Shown one piece after another: positions 1 through 13,096 of a DNA stretch of 64,000 bases. Each line of letters begins with the position of its first letter. Position 1 is the first letter of the stretch. Below the pieces are notes generated by a model, which was not told the origin of the DNA, searched no databases, and saw only the letters and a list, made by a program, of their open reading frames with translations. A program made the position numbers and the translations under genes. The stretch comes from Phyllosticta citribraziliensis (lineage: Eukaryota). The stretch covers positions 3,348,001 through 3,412,000 of the forward strand of contig NW_027117338.1 of the NCBI RefSeq assembly GCF_038025025.1, given 5' to 3'.

Positions 1-3000
1 TCATCAACGCAATTGAAGGCGCTTTGTCGAAATGCGACGTCAAAAGAGACAGCATCTGCGCCGTCATTATTGGGACGACGGTAAGACTCTCTCAGTCAGA
101 GGAAACACTTGTGAAGACTAAGTCGAGCAACTTAGCACTTCGTCAATGCCGTTGTCCAGGCAGATGACCACAACTTGCGCAGAGTCGCCGTTCTGCGCGT
201 GTGTGGGCCATATACCAAGGAGAACCCGTCGTTCCTCGACTTTCCGCCTATTTTGGCGCGCATCATGAATGGCCACACGGCGTATCTGGACGGTGGGCTT
301 GAATGTGATTGTTCCATCCAAATGTGACCTTGGACGTGTGTTGACGCCTGCAGATGACGGAAGAGAAATCCTGCCCATCGACGAAGAGCAGGTCCGCAAC
401 GAATGCAAGATCGTCAAGGAGAAGGGCATCGACGACATTGCCATCATCGGTGTCTTTTCGCCCCTGGACACCGAGGGGACGCAGGAGGCGCGGGTGCGCC
501 AGATTGTGCTGGAAGAACTGCCAGACGCGGATGTTGTCCTATCTCGCGACAGTGAGTCTCTTGCTCCGCTGCCTCCCAAGCCACGAATGCTCCCGTGCTT
601 CCCACCCGCAAACTCCACCAGCATGTGTGCTTGCCCATGAAGATCTCACACTGAATGCGTAGTCGGCCAACTGGGCTACCTCGAGCGCGAAAACGCTACC
701 ATCCTCAACACTTCGATCCTCAAGTACGCGCGTCGCACTATTCGGGGCTTCAAGCTTGCCATGAGCTCCCTCGGTCTCAGCTGCGCGCTGTTCCTCACGC
801 AGAACGACGGCACGGTCATCGATGCCGACACGGTGGAAGGCTGCCCTATCAAGACTTTCTCTAGCGGACCGACGAATTCGATGGCGGGCGCGGCCTACCT
901 TGCAAATATCGAAAATGGACGCGAAAAGTTTCCGAATTCGCAAGTCATTGTTGCGGATATCGGTGGGACGTCCACGGATGCTTGCGCGCTGTAAGTCTTT
1001 GTTGCGACGAGAGAAACGAGGAGCTGTGTGACTTCGCCAGTGCTGACACGCCTCGCAGACTTCCTTCGGGGTTTCCACGCCAAGCTGGCACATGGGTCGA
1101 GGTGGGTGGTGTGCGATGCTCTTTTTCTATGCCAGAGGTTGTCTCGATTGCGCTCGGCGGTGGAACCAAGGTCGAAGAGAAGGACGGCAAGGTCCTTGTC
1201 GGTCCGGAGTCTGTTGGATACAACCTCCTCACCGAGGGCTTAGTTTTTGGCGGCAAGACCCTTACTGTGACAGGTGCGTTCGCTCACCATATCGCGGAAA
1301 TTTTACTAAATCAGTGGTGTAGACGTTGCTGTGGCGAGCGGGAAAGCAGAAGTGGGCGACAAGGAAAAAGTAGGCAGTGTCGATAAGAAGTTGGTGTCAG
1401 AGGCCCGGCTCCGCATCAAGAAGCTGCTTGAGAAGGTCGTCGAAAGTATGAAACTGACTGCGGATGACGCGCTGGTAATTTTGGTGGGCGGTGGGAGCAT
1501 CGCTCACCTGGACGACTTGGACGGAGTTTCGCAAGTCATTAGGCCGCCGTAAGCCCCTTGAATATGGTATCTGGAACCTCAACTGATCACCCGATAGGTA
1601 CTTTGACTGTGCAAATGCCGTGGGAGCAGCCATTGCAAAGGTCGCCGGTCAAGTGGACGCCGTAAAGGTTCTGGAAGGCAAAGACGAGGACGCCGTCCTC
1701 GCAGAAGTGTGCAAAGATGCTGCTCAGCGGGCCATGGATGCAGGAGCCGACCCAAGCACCGTCGAGATTGTCTCGGTGGACAACATGCCGATTCAATATA
1801 CCTCAATGAAGGCGTCGCGAATTATTGTCAAAGCCGTAAGTCAAAAACCTCCACATGGAAGACGCTGCAGCTGACAGACCTCGAGGCGGGTCGTTTGGGC
1901 AAACAAGCCCTGCTCAAACCGACCACAATCTTAAATCTCGAAGCGCCTGCGAAGCCGATCTCAGTCGCCACAAATGGCATCAAAAACTGCGAGAAGAACC
2001 CGAGAGACTTCGAAGTCAGTCCCTCCGCCGCAGTAGACCTTCGCGCGTACAGGCCCGAAGTCGACGCCAACGGCACGTGGTGGGTTTCGGAAATCGACTG
2101 CGAGTTCCTCGCCACTGGCTGTAGTGTCCTTGCTTGTGGCGGCGGCGGCCCCGGGTACATGTGCTACTTGGCTGCCAGAGCCGCTCTGAAGGCTGGTCAC
2201 CGAATGCCGGTTGTTGATGTCAATACGCTGCCGGACGATGGCGCAGTGCTGGGAAGTGTTTCGTATGGCGCGCCCATTGTCACGTTGGAGCGCTTGCCGA
2301 GTGGTACGGAGGCTACTGATGCTACAGAGGCGCTTATGAGCTCGTTTCCGGGGATGAAGATGGCGGCTCAGATTGCGGTAAGTTTTTGCGGATTTTGCAA
2401 ATTCCTGGTGGGACTTCTGTTAAAAGAAGCGGCGCTCGTTCGATGCTGACAGGTTGCTTGCAGATTGAGATTGGGGGGATGAATGGGATTCGACCGATGC
2501 TCAATGCAATCCCAAACAATGTACCGACAATCGACGGAGACCTGATGGGACGAGCCTATCCTCGACTTTATATCATGACTCCATACGGTAAGTCTCAATT
2601 TTGCGCCCATAGCAGTGACTTGCTGCTGACACAGAGCCTCGTAAGTTTTTGGCAAGAACATCACACCGTGCACGCAGGCAGATGGCCAAGGAAATACCGT
2701 CACGGTAAACAAATGCGCGGATATGAGACGTGTCGAAAAGATCCACCGCAAAGCCGCTCTCGAGATTGGACTGTTCAGCGAAATGGTGCCCGCTCCCCTG
2801 ACCTTCAAGGAGATCAAGGAAGTAGGAACTCTGAAGACCACCTCTCTCGCCTGGAGTATTGGACGAGCAGTGTTCATGGCAAGGCGCGAGAAACGAGACA
2901 TAATGAAAGCAATCGTAAGTCGAAATGCCCTCACAGTCACAAGTACACAAGCCACAAGTACACAAGCCACACGTACTTACGAACACTCCTCAGATCGAGG

Positions 3001-3545
3001 CAAATCCATCAGGCAAGATCCTCTACGTCGGCAAAATCATATCCGTCCGGCGCTTCGTCTCCAGCGGCGGCTACACCGAAGGCTCCGTTCGCCTCAAGCC
3101 GCTGAGCGAGGAAGAACAAGAGTATGGAGACACGGTCGCCGATCCAGGAGAGACCCGCGAAATGTTCCTGCCGTTCCAGAACGAGTATCTGTACGCGTCG
3201 CTCGTCCGCCCGGAGCAGACGGGTGCAAGGGACGCAGACATGAGAGGCGATGTTGTTTGCACTGTGCCTGATTTGATTTCCCTCATTGGGTCTGATGGGT
3301 ATGCCCTTGGGACACAGGATTTGCGGTACGGCGTCAAGGTTTGCGTTGTCTCGTTTGCTGCACATCCGCATTGGTAAGTGGTCTTATCGTCTGCTTCATG
3401 CGCTGCAACTGACTGTCAAAGGAAAACCCCGCAAGGACTCAAATTGGGTGGTCTCCACGAATTTGGATACACGGACTTGGAGTATGTTCCTTACAGCAAA
3501 CCGTATTACGACCCGAAGACAGTCATGGAAGAGTACCGCCCGTGA
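1..3545 (+). CDS. Hydantoinase/oxoprolinase-family protein fused to DUF917; multi-intron, 5' end lies upstream of the window
   Basis: Spliced motifs IGTT-HFVNAVV, GQLGYLERENATILN, TQNDGT, TFSSGPTNSMAGAAYL, DIGGTSTD, SIALGGG, ANAVGAA, then DUF917-type GCSVLACGGGG, EIGGMNG, DGDLMGRAYP, FQNEYL, VPDLI, DLRYG. Canonical introns e.g. 81-134, 552-662, 991-1058. Stop TGA at 3543-3545. Confidence 0.88.
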
Positions 3546-3708
3546 TTTGTCTGGTGCTGAAAACAAGAGGGCCGCGCTCCACGATTTCCATTTTTCCTTG
3601 AAACCTTGTCATTTCCTCGCCCTAGAATGCGTCCTTTGAGGAGATTGGAAGAAGAGAATGAATACTCCTTCTGGCTCAGAATACGCAACTCCTGCTTCCC
3701 CGGTCTGA

Positions 3709-4969
3709 TTAGACCCTACTGGTCATGATTTCTGTCTTCGACTTGTTCAACCGCTTCAGCAGCGTACTTTGCCGCTCGATACCACGTTCTCTTGTGCTGC
3801 GGATTTCCTCGCTGAGCGGCGTCAATTTCTTTGTCCCGCGCAGCAAGAAAAGCCATATCCCGAAGGTCACTACTGTCAGGACAAAGGAAACAACGAAAAA
3901 GATCCAGATCTTGGGAGAAGTCTTGACATCCTTTGATGACTCGGAGAAATCGAAAACGTTCATGCCTAAGATGGCCTTGCTTGTGCGTCAGAATTACGAA
4001 TATGGCAGCGGGCTGGCAAGGAGCTCACCGCAACCAAGGATCCAGGGAGAAAGGTGAGCGTGATGACAGCTATGGTCTTGGTCATGAATGCCTCGCTTTG
4101 GCTGCAGAGATTGAAAGCCTGACACTATCAGCTCCGCCCTCCCTAATCGCCTTGGGACTCACCAGATTGATTTCATTGCTGATCCGGTCGCGGAGCGCAC
4201 CGCAACGCGCAAGCTTCGCATACAAGAGGTCTTGCAGCACTGCAAGAGCAAGCTCGATATCAAGCTGCCCCTCCTGCACACTGGAATTGACAGGGGAAAT
4301 TTTGTTGACTGTTCTGCAAAAGCCCTGGTGGCTCCTCTGCACCGCTCCGATTGTCCTCAACGCCACATCCAGCGTCTCGTTGGACAGAATGACCTGTCTT
4401 GCAACCTCATGCAGCATCTCAAACTTGGTCGCGTCCGTGGATCGATTCTTCTCGACGTGCTCGCGCACCAGATCTCGCAGCTTCCAGAACGAAAAGTCAT
4501 AAAGCTCGGCAAACGTCCTGATCAGAAACTCGTGCCAGCTGTACGGGCTTTCTGTGTCAATGCGCCCGCTTTTGAATGCTTCTTTGACTACCTCTTGCAC
4601 TGCAGGTGGGGTGTCGATGCCCAGGATGAGTGTTACTTTGTCGTTTGAGTTCCAGGAGATGTATACGCTTGGCTGGAGCCAACGGCTCTTGATTCGCGAT
4701 TGACCGCTTTGGGGATCATGCTCGGCTACCTTGACCTTGAAGCTCCACCACGAGTCTTCCCATTTTCAGCAAACTTGTGGTTGCTCTAAATAAAAATACT
4801 CACCATGTTTTATTTGGAATGCCGTGCCCGAGGTCGTCCGCGACCCGGAAAACCCATTTGAGTCCTTTTCTGACAGACTGAGGAACTCTCGCTCGACTTC
4901 GGACACATCCAACTTGCGAGTCCCTCGTTCTGGCTCCAAGAAATTGGCAAAACTATTTCCAGTGAGCAT
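3709..4969 (-). CDS. Fungal CorA-like Mg2+ transporter-domain membrane protein; spliced, 5' end uncertain and may extend to ~5290
   Basis: Helical soluble region (YDFSFWKLRDLVREHVEK...LHEVARQVI...RISNEINL) followed by two TM segments joined by the CorA signature AILGMN. Last TM is IWIFFVVSFVLTVVTFGIW. Confidence 0.7.
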
Positions 4970-5803
4970 GCGGAAGATTAGGAGCCGTTGAACGCGATGT
5001 ACTGACCACAGACGGGGGGGTGGTCCGTCGCGAGAGTTCTGAGGCTCGAGGGTCAAGACTCGGCTATTGATGCCCTTTTGGTCGGCTGTTGACTGTTAGC
5101 AAGAAAGGAGTTTACCGGAAGTGTTACACGACGGCACCGCAAGAGCCCTTGCTTCCTCGATTTCCAGAAGCCATGGTAGCTGGGTGTTGTCCGCAGTGCA
5201 GCCTGACTGACCTAATAAGCAGGCCTCCATATCCAGCCTCGCGCCAGCTTGGATTTCACTCGGTGCCATCAGGCTGAAAAGTTTCACAATGGATGCTTAC
5301 AGACTCTTTCATCGATTTTGCGGTAGCTTTCGAGGCCTATTGAGCGCTTTTGGTCTATTCGTCATGCAGTGAGCAGAGATGACTTTTGCGAGGTTGATTT
5401 GGGGGCTGTGGTCTTTCCCACGTTCCGATCGACGTTCGCTCGCCAGATCCTTGTAAACAGCACCGCCACGGAACAAAAACTGAGCGATCTCCTTGAGATA
5501 CATCCCGCATACACTTGCAAAGCCTTGCATCCCCAAGGCGGAATCCACCATAAGCCCAGAGTAGGTGTCACGGAGCTTATGTGGCTGAGACAGGGCTAGA
5601 TCGCATGGTAGAAAGCCTAGGCAACGATGGGGCCTGATGACCACGCGTGAGGTATCACAGGCCAGCCATCTGTTATCGAAGTGCATGCTCAGCCTTGTGT
5701 CCATGTAACGGGACGCTGTATTAAAGGGACATTTGCTTCAGCAATACCAGATCAGAAACCATAAGACCGTTGATTGTGTCTAGGACTTCTCTCGTTGCCA
5801 GCA

Positions 5804-8800
5804 ATGGCTTCTTCTGGTTCTGATCGACTCGCGGAAAGTTATGAGGAGTACACTGTTGGATGGATCTGTGCCCTGGATCTGGAGCTTACAGCGGCACTTG
5901 CGATGTTCGACAAGCGAGATCGAAGAGGACCACCAGATTTCCGAAAGCCCCGATCTGATGACAATCGCTACCATTTTGGCAAGATTGGAGGACATCACGT
6001 CGTTGTCGCATGCACCCCGGCCGGCCTCATGGGAACTACTGCTGCCTCCAAGGTTGCAGCGTCAATGGTCTCCACCTTCCCCAACATCAGATTTGGACTG
6101 CTTGTGGGTATAGGTGGTGCCATACCCCAGTTGGACTCCAAGAAAGATACGATTCGATTGGGCGACGTTGTGATTAGCCAGCCCAAGGAGGACAATGGCG
6201 GAGTCGTTCAACACGACTTTGTGGGAGTCCGCTCTGGATCACAGCTCCAGAGCAGGAGCTTTCTCAACAAGCCTCCTAACGTGCTTCTCAATGCACTGTC
6301 AAGCATGAAAGCCGAGCATGGACTGGGAGAACCGCCCAGAGTATATGAGCTCTTGAAACACTTGCCGGAACCAATGATTGATCCCGAAGAAGGACCCGGG
6401 TACAGGTACCAGGGCGGAGATAATGACCGACTTTTCGAACCAAGCTACTCGCATCTCGGCGGACCAGACTGCTCAGAGTGCGAGCCGACTAAACAAGTTG
6501 GACGGAATGATCGAAGGTCTTTGAATCCCAAATTTCACTACGGGGCGATCGCTTCGGGGAATACGCTTTGCAAAAACGCTGTCCTCAGGGATGAAATAAA
6601 AAAGCGTTTCCCAAGCTGCATTTGTATCGAGATGGAAGCGGCTGGACTGATGAATGACTTCCCTTGTCTTGTAATAAGGGGAATCAGCGACTATTCAGAC
6701 TCTCACAAGAACGACATCTGGCAGCCATATGCTGCTGCTACAGCTGCCAGTTATGCAAAGGAGCTCTTGGATTATGTGGATCCACAGGAGGTTGAGAGAA
6801 CAGAGAAGGCTTTGAAAATCATGGAGAGTCGTTAGTGAGCACTTTCTCGCACTGTCAGGACATCAGTTAATTTCAATTCAGTCGAGAGCATCAAGCATCA
6901 AGTCAACACGATCAACGAATCTGCACGATGGACAGAGAAATATCTCTCTGGGCAAGAAATCAAAGATTGGCTCTCGCCCCCTGATCCTTCTCCCAACTAC
7001 GTCAACGCCCTCAGAGAATACTACGAGGGGACTGCGGCCTGGTTTCTGGACAGCGATGAGTTGTTGGATTGGAAGAAAAATCCCAACTCCTTCATTTGGC
7101 TACACGGCCTGCCTGGTTGTGGAAAAACAGTTCTCAGCTCCGCCCTAATCCGAAGTTTGAAACGAGAGTCCTCGAAGGGCAGCTCCTCTGATACAGTCAT
7201 CTACTTCTACTTCGACTTCAACTCGCAAGAAAAGCAACGTCCGGATAATATGGCTAGATCACTAGTCTATCAGCTCTTCAAGGCACGACCACAAAGGCCC
7301 GAAGCCCTTGAACGTCTTTTCAAAAAGTGCCGAAGTGGCGCAGAACTGCCGTCCCGAGACGATTTATTCAAGGTCTTGAGAGCCTTGATACAAGGCCTTG
7401 ACCAGGTGCAATTGGTCATCGACGCAGTAGAAGAAGTCGACTCAGACGAAAAAGACTTTTTGCTCGAGTGGATTAACGAACTTCATGGTTACAACATCCA
7501 AAACGTCCATGTCTTAGTCTCCAGTCGTCGAGAGCTAGACATTGAACGCAGTCTGGCAGAAGTTGGGACTACCATACAGTTTCCTCCGGAGGCAGTGCTC
7601 AAAGACATCAGTCTCTGTGTTCGTGGAAAGATCCAAAGTGCCGGTCGAGGTGGGCTCGGAAGATGGAAAGATGATGCGGAGAAAACGAACGAAATCGTGG
7701 AAAAGCTATCTGAGAACGCAAAGGGAATGTAAGATAACATTCAGTTGAGAGAGAAGTGACATTTGACTCATGTTCCAACAGGTTCAGACTCGCGTCACTT
7801 CAGCTCAAAGCCATTTCACAGTCCTCAAGCCCATCTCAGCTTACGCAAGCTCTAAAGAATTTACCAAAAAACATCTATGGGACTTATAACAGAATTCTGG
7901 AAAAAGTGCCTGAAGGCTGGAGAGATTATGCACTGAGACTTCTACAATACTTTTCAGCCTCCAAAAAGCATCTCAGCCTGGAAGAGGCCGTTGAAATGCT
8001 GGCTGTCGAATTCTCACCCGAGCCAATGTTCAACCCCATGAACAGACTATTCGAGCGCGAGGAAATCAATCGATATCTCCCAGACTTACTAACTGTTGTC
8101 GAAGAAGGCGGTTTTGTCGAAGATTATGATGGCGTTGATGAAGAGCCTCATTCTTTGCGCCACAAACGGAAATTTGTACAGCTCACTCATTTCACAGTCA
8201 AGGAATACCTACTTTCGGACCAGCTCGAACACTTCTTTCTCAAAGGACTTTCGAAGGTTGAGGCGAATGCATCAATAGTAAGACACAGTCTTGCTTATTT
8301 GAACTACCTGAGCAAAGGCCCTCATCCGCCGTCGAAGGCTCCCTACTTGAGCTCTGAATCTTTTGTGTTCTCCTGGGTTGATCACGGGGAATTTGCTGAT
8401 CAGCACGAGGCCGCTCGCAACGAGATTTATCGTTTCCTTGGGGATGCCTCTGCCCGCAAAGTGTGGTGGATTGGCTCATTAAACCTCGACTACCATTGTC
8501 GTTTGAAGAAACTCGAAGGGGTTAGGCCCGCCGCAGATTGCATTTCCGGTACATCTTTCTTGCCCACGCCGTTGTTCGTCGCCATCAGAGGAAGAATGGT
8601 CAATGTGGCTGAACGAATCCTGGTGTGTGATGCTTCACAAGTCAAGGAAGACAACGACACGCCAGTGCTTCTCATTCCGAAGCAGAGCTGCTCTTGTACA
8701 GGACTCGGATTATATCTCAAACCCATTGATCGCGAGCATCGATATGGCGAATGGAAATTCGCAGCAGTTCACCGCGAAACAGCACTTTTTGCGGCTGTAG

Positions 8801-9838
8801 ACAGCGGTTTTGAAAGAATTGCCTCCCTACTGGTTGATCACGGGGCAAAAATTGAAACACAGGGTGGTGAATTGGGCAATCCATACCTGGTTGCATGGGA
8901 AACGCAACGTCCTGGGATCGTCACAATCTTCGACAATCATCTCGCGAGGAAGGAAGACCAGAAGCAGAAAATTCAGCTGGTGAGAAGAGACTTTCTGCCG
9001 AATGTGCTGCTAAACATGTCTGGAACAGGTCTAACATTCTATAGATCATAGCTTCCATGAAAGAGTACGCCGAGGTGGTCGTACGAGCCCTAATTCAGTC
9101 AGGGGCCGGACGCTTTACGCATGGTCCTCAGCAGGGGTCGCCTGAGCTTGAGCGCTTGCAGCTTTACATTGGTTTATCACGTCACCTCAAGGCGAAGTAC
9201 TCCGACGAGACCTTCATGAAGAGCATCGTGTCCACATCTGAGTCCAAAACGAAGCTGAATGTACTCCACGCGGTATGCGGGATGGCTTTACCGGCAAAGT
9301 ACACGGAAGATATAGTCCTCATTGGGGCGGACGTCAATCGTCGAGACGCAAGTGGTCGAAGTCCACTTCACCACACAATGCATGCTCAGTTACACTGGGG
9401 AACATCCAATCGCGGTATGTATGAGACCGGGCTATGATTGATTGCAAAGAGACTAATTCCAGCAAAAAAGAAACGGCAGCCCAAACGGGTCTCGTCTGGA
9501 ATGCAGTTGATCATGTTCGAATCCTCCTAGAAAGGGGAGCAGATGCCAACTTCGTCGACAAATGCGGTCGGACTCCGTTGCTGTACGCCGCCCATTGCAA
9601 GGACCGCATATTTGGAGACATGCTGGTCAACTCTGGAGCGGCCCTTGATCTCATGGTGCTGCATGCGGTCAATCCTATGGCCCTTTCGATGTTTTTTGGG
9701 ACTTTCGAGTTCGGGCTTGCCAGTGATGATGATACCAGTGAAGACGGTGCTGATGGGGAAGCCGGTGTTGAAGCCGGTGGCGATGGAGGCAAAATGAATA
9801 TTAAATCACTTTGGATAGGGCGCCCGCTCCCAGAGTAG
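5804..9838 (+). CDS. Fungal NLR-like protein: PNP_UDP_1 nucleoside phosphorylase - NACHT/P-loop - degenerate ankyrin repeats
   Basis: PNP motifs YTVGWICAL, LLVGIGG, IRLGDVV, EMEAAG, IRGISDYSDSHKN. NACHT entry WLSPPDP, Walker A GLPGCGKT, Walker B LVIDAVEE, VSSR, GM|FRLASLQL, HFTVKEYL. Ankyrin-like TPLFVA, TALFAA, GRSPLH, GRTPLLYA. Introns 6831-6881, ~7728-7781, 8980-9044, ~9419-9462. Confidence 0.9.
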
Positions 9839-10147
9839 GAGTTTCAGGCAGCAGGGCCTTCGGGTTGTTTCAGAATAGAATGAATTCTTCTCTTTAACCT
9901 AAGAGATACTGGAAGCACATCAGCTTACGCAGACTACGCTCGTAACATATCAGATAGCCTCCTGGCGCCCGGCTGGGTGTGAGCAAAACAAAGAGCAGGA
10001 TACATACAGTTCAAAGCAAGTGACGCAAGGAGCCTCCCACAACCGTGCAATATATCCAGGGAAACCATTCTACGCCACTTCAGAGCATCATTCCACCAAC
10101 CGGCACCATACCCATGGAAAACAGCCCTTGAATTACACCAAACACAA

Positions 10148-10806
10148 TCATGCCAGGCCCAACGACCTCCTCACGTTGTCCCGGACGACCTGCGAATACT
10201 TGTCGCGATTATCCCTCCACATGCGAGCGGCGTCGACATTGGCGGGGCTCTCATCATTTGGCTCCGCCAGCATGCTCATGACCGAAATGAGAATCTTCTC
10301 GACCGACTGGATGGGGCTCCAGCGCTCTGACGCGTGCTCGTAGTGGTTGGGGTCGTCGCCCGGCGGGTGCAGGATCGAGATGCAGACGGTGCCGTTGGGG
10401 TACACTATGCGCGCGACAGTCGTTAGCGGGTGGCCGACTGCGTCATTATCCCTCCCCAGCTTTCCAGGATACGCATGACGCGCAAAGGTCCTTCTCTTTC
10501 TCCTGGTTTGACACTTCTTCTTGTGGTCTGTTTGGGGGTTCTGCCAAGTGGGCACATACCATTCGGATGCCACATATCGCACAGAAACTTCATCGTCGGC
10601 GGCGCCAGCGGGTAGTCCTTGGGAAACTTGAGCTCGGCCGGGAACACGCCGCCCTCGAACGGCGTGCCTTCGGGCCCCTGGATCAGCGCCTCCCACACGA
10701 ACATGTCGTCCTCGCACACAGGCCCCGCCGTGATGCCCTCGGGCGGGTCCGACGTCAGCGACTTGTACTCGTGGAAGAGCCGCTTGGATGCTACCGATGA
10801 GGCCAT
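10148..10806 (-). CDS. UBC7: Ubiquitin-conjugating enzyme E2, Ubc7/UBE2G2
   Basis: [34 protein letters not shown] with the active-site Cys and the Ubc7 acidic loop; one intron at ~10405-10558. Confidence 0.95.
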
Positions 10807-11333
10807 GTTGCTCGCGTTTGTGCTGTGTGTGCGGGGTGGGTTGTTGCTGCGGCTGTGCAGGCGAGGAGCGTCAAGATTGCCGTGGTGGAGTGTGTGAGGT
10901 GGGAGAGGAGTGAGAGGTGAAGTTGGATAGGAGGTTGGACGTGTGAAGGGGTGGTGGTAGTAGTTGGAGATGGTCGAGTTGATGTCAGAACAACATATGC
11001 GCTAGCGGGACCAGGGCGGAGATCTCGGAGGTGAGCGGCGGAAAGCGGGAAGGCCCGTAGCCTATTTGTTGACCTTAATCCACCCTCTCTTTCTTCACAT
11101 GCAACGCATAAACACAATTTGTCAAGCGGAGAAATGATTTTGGGTATATCTCAGTTCTTTGTCCTTTGTCGCGCCCATTGAGCCATGCGGTGCTTCTACC
11201 AGAGACCATCCAACACCCGTACATTTCAACAGCATATCCTCCACTCCCCTTCCAGCTCCAATCCTGATATTGCTTTGTTGTACACAGCGAGACGCCCCAG
11301 AAGCCCCTGCTGAAAATCTCCACCCTATCTCGC

Positions 11334-12296
11334 TCATTTCTTGTTCTTTTGCTTCTTGCTGCCGCCCTTCCTCCTGCCAATCGCAATCTTCTCCCTGATG
11401 GTCTTCGCCCGGACCGACGCCTTCCGCCATGCCGCCCATCTGTCGCCCTTGACGAACTTCTTCACATCGACGCCTGCCCTATCCGGCGCCCGACCAATCT
11501 GCCAATTGGCCTCTCTGAACATGTAACCGGGTCTGATCTTCAGGTCCTTCACCGGAACGCGGCCGTCCTTGCGCGGCCTCTCCCGCACGGTGCTCTCCTT
11601 GCCGGGCGTTTGGTCGACCGTCAAATCATCCACAAAGCCTGCGGCAAAGGTGTCGTCTTCTGGCTGTCTGGGGACTGCGAGTAGATTGAGCCGGCGAGCA
11701 CGGGGCGCGTTCAGCGGTCTCGGGAGAGTGTCGTTGCGGTCGAAGACAACGCCAATGTACTTGCGCTTCGGGTGTTTCAGAGGGTCGCGGTAGTATTTGA
11801 CGAAGCCCTTGACGCCGGCGTGGATGGTGTGGTCGCGGCCCATGTATGCGTTTTCACCGGGGTACCAAAGCGTGCCGCGCTGCTTGTAGATAATGTTTCC
11901 AGGGACGACGTATTGTTCTGCAAGCCAAGGAAAGGCGACAATCAGCGAATTGCTCGGCGGTGCGGGTTTGGTGGTCTCTGGCTAGAGGAGAACGAGCAGT
12001 GCGTCGCCGGCGACGTGTCCGGCGCAGAGCAGCACTGCAGGGAGCCATGGAGCCGCGAAGAACATACCGCCAGTCTTCTTCGCGCCCAAGCGCTTGCCCG
12101 GTCCATTCTTCACTCCGTTCGCTCTTCCTTGAGCTGCGTGCGAGGCGTGACGGACGGTTGCGAGGGTCGGAGTGGACGCGGCGATCGAGGCGCGAAGAAC
12201 GTCGAGGACGTTGAGTGATGCTGGACTTGCAGCGCAAGAGGCCTTGGCCACATGTGCAGCAGCCCGGATGGGCGCCCGTGTCCGTAATAACAGCAT
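11334..12296 (-). CDS. MRP7: Mitochondrial ribosomal protein bL27m
   Basis: Presequence MLLLRTRAPIRAAAH, then VRHASHAAQGRANGVKNGPGKRLGAKK, GNIIYKQRGTLWYPGENAYMGRDHTIHA; one intron. Confidence 0.92.
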
Positions 12297-12432
12297 TGGT
12301 GCGGTGGCGATGGGGTTGAGATGGTCGTCGAAGCTGTGCCGGAAACTTTGGGTGGCCCGCCCGCGAATTCTTGGCGTCGAGTTTCCGGTTGTCAACCACG
12401 TGACGCTCGCGATCTCTGATGGTCGCTTTTTC

Positions 12433-13015
12433 GTTATCTCAGGCCCTCAGACCGCCCTCCCTTTTAGGTTTAGCGGACCTCTAGGCGCACCCTTTAGGGG
12501 CGCATCTAAGATTAACTTAAATAAAAACTACCTATAATTACTTAATTATTTTAGACTAATTAATACTACTCCTTACTACTACTTTTTCCTATATATTTAT
12601 ATACTAATTCTAGTACTTTATACCTTAAGGTACTTAGTAAAAGTATTAGTTAGTAAAAATAAGTAAGATTTATATATACTATAGGGGGTTAAAGATTACT
12701 AAGACTTACTTAATTTTTATAATTTCTAGAAGGTCTTCTTTTCTAGCTAAAACTATAGTATAAATAAGACTAGTAATATAATTACTATATAGCTTACTTA
12801 TACTTTATTAGCTTAGCTATAAAATATACTAGTTATAAAAAAATTTAAAGTATTTTCTATAGGTATAGGGGGGGTATAAAGTTAGTAATAATTAAGCCTC
12901 TCCTTACCTAAGCCAGTTTAAGTTAATCTTAGACCCTCTTTAAGGTTAGTACTTCGCACCTCCTGATTAGCTCTGCTAAAACCTCGGCAAAGAGGGGCTG
13001 AGGACCTGAGATAAC
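12433..13015. mobile_element. RIP-mutated non-autonomous element (MITE-like, or possibly a solo LTR) with 18-bp terminal inverted repeats and a 6-bp target-site duplication
   Basis: Left end GTTATCTCAGGCCCTCAG (12433-12450); right end CTGAGGACCTGAGATAAC (12998-13015), 17/18 inverted match. TTTTTC flanks both sides (12427-12432, 13016-13021). The AT-rich core 12505-12913 has no CpA/TpG and abundant TpA. Confidence 0.85.
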
Positions 13016-13096
13016 TTTTTCGTCCCGCTCGATTGGCACTAGATTTGTGCTCGCAACTGACCAAAACTATTTCAAATCCACGCACTCAATCAAAAC

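Noticed and set aside
2938..2971. CACAAGTACACAAGC tandem repeat
   Set aside because: A two-copy slippage repeat inside an intron with no sign of function.
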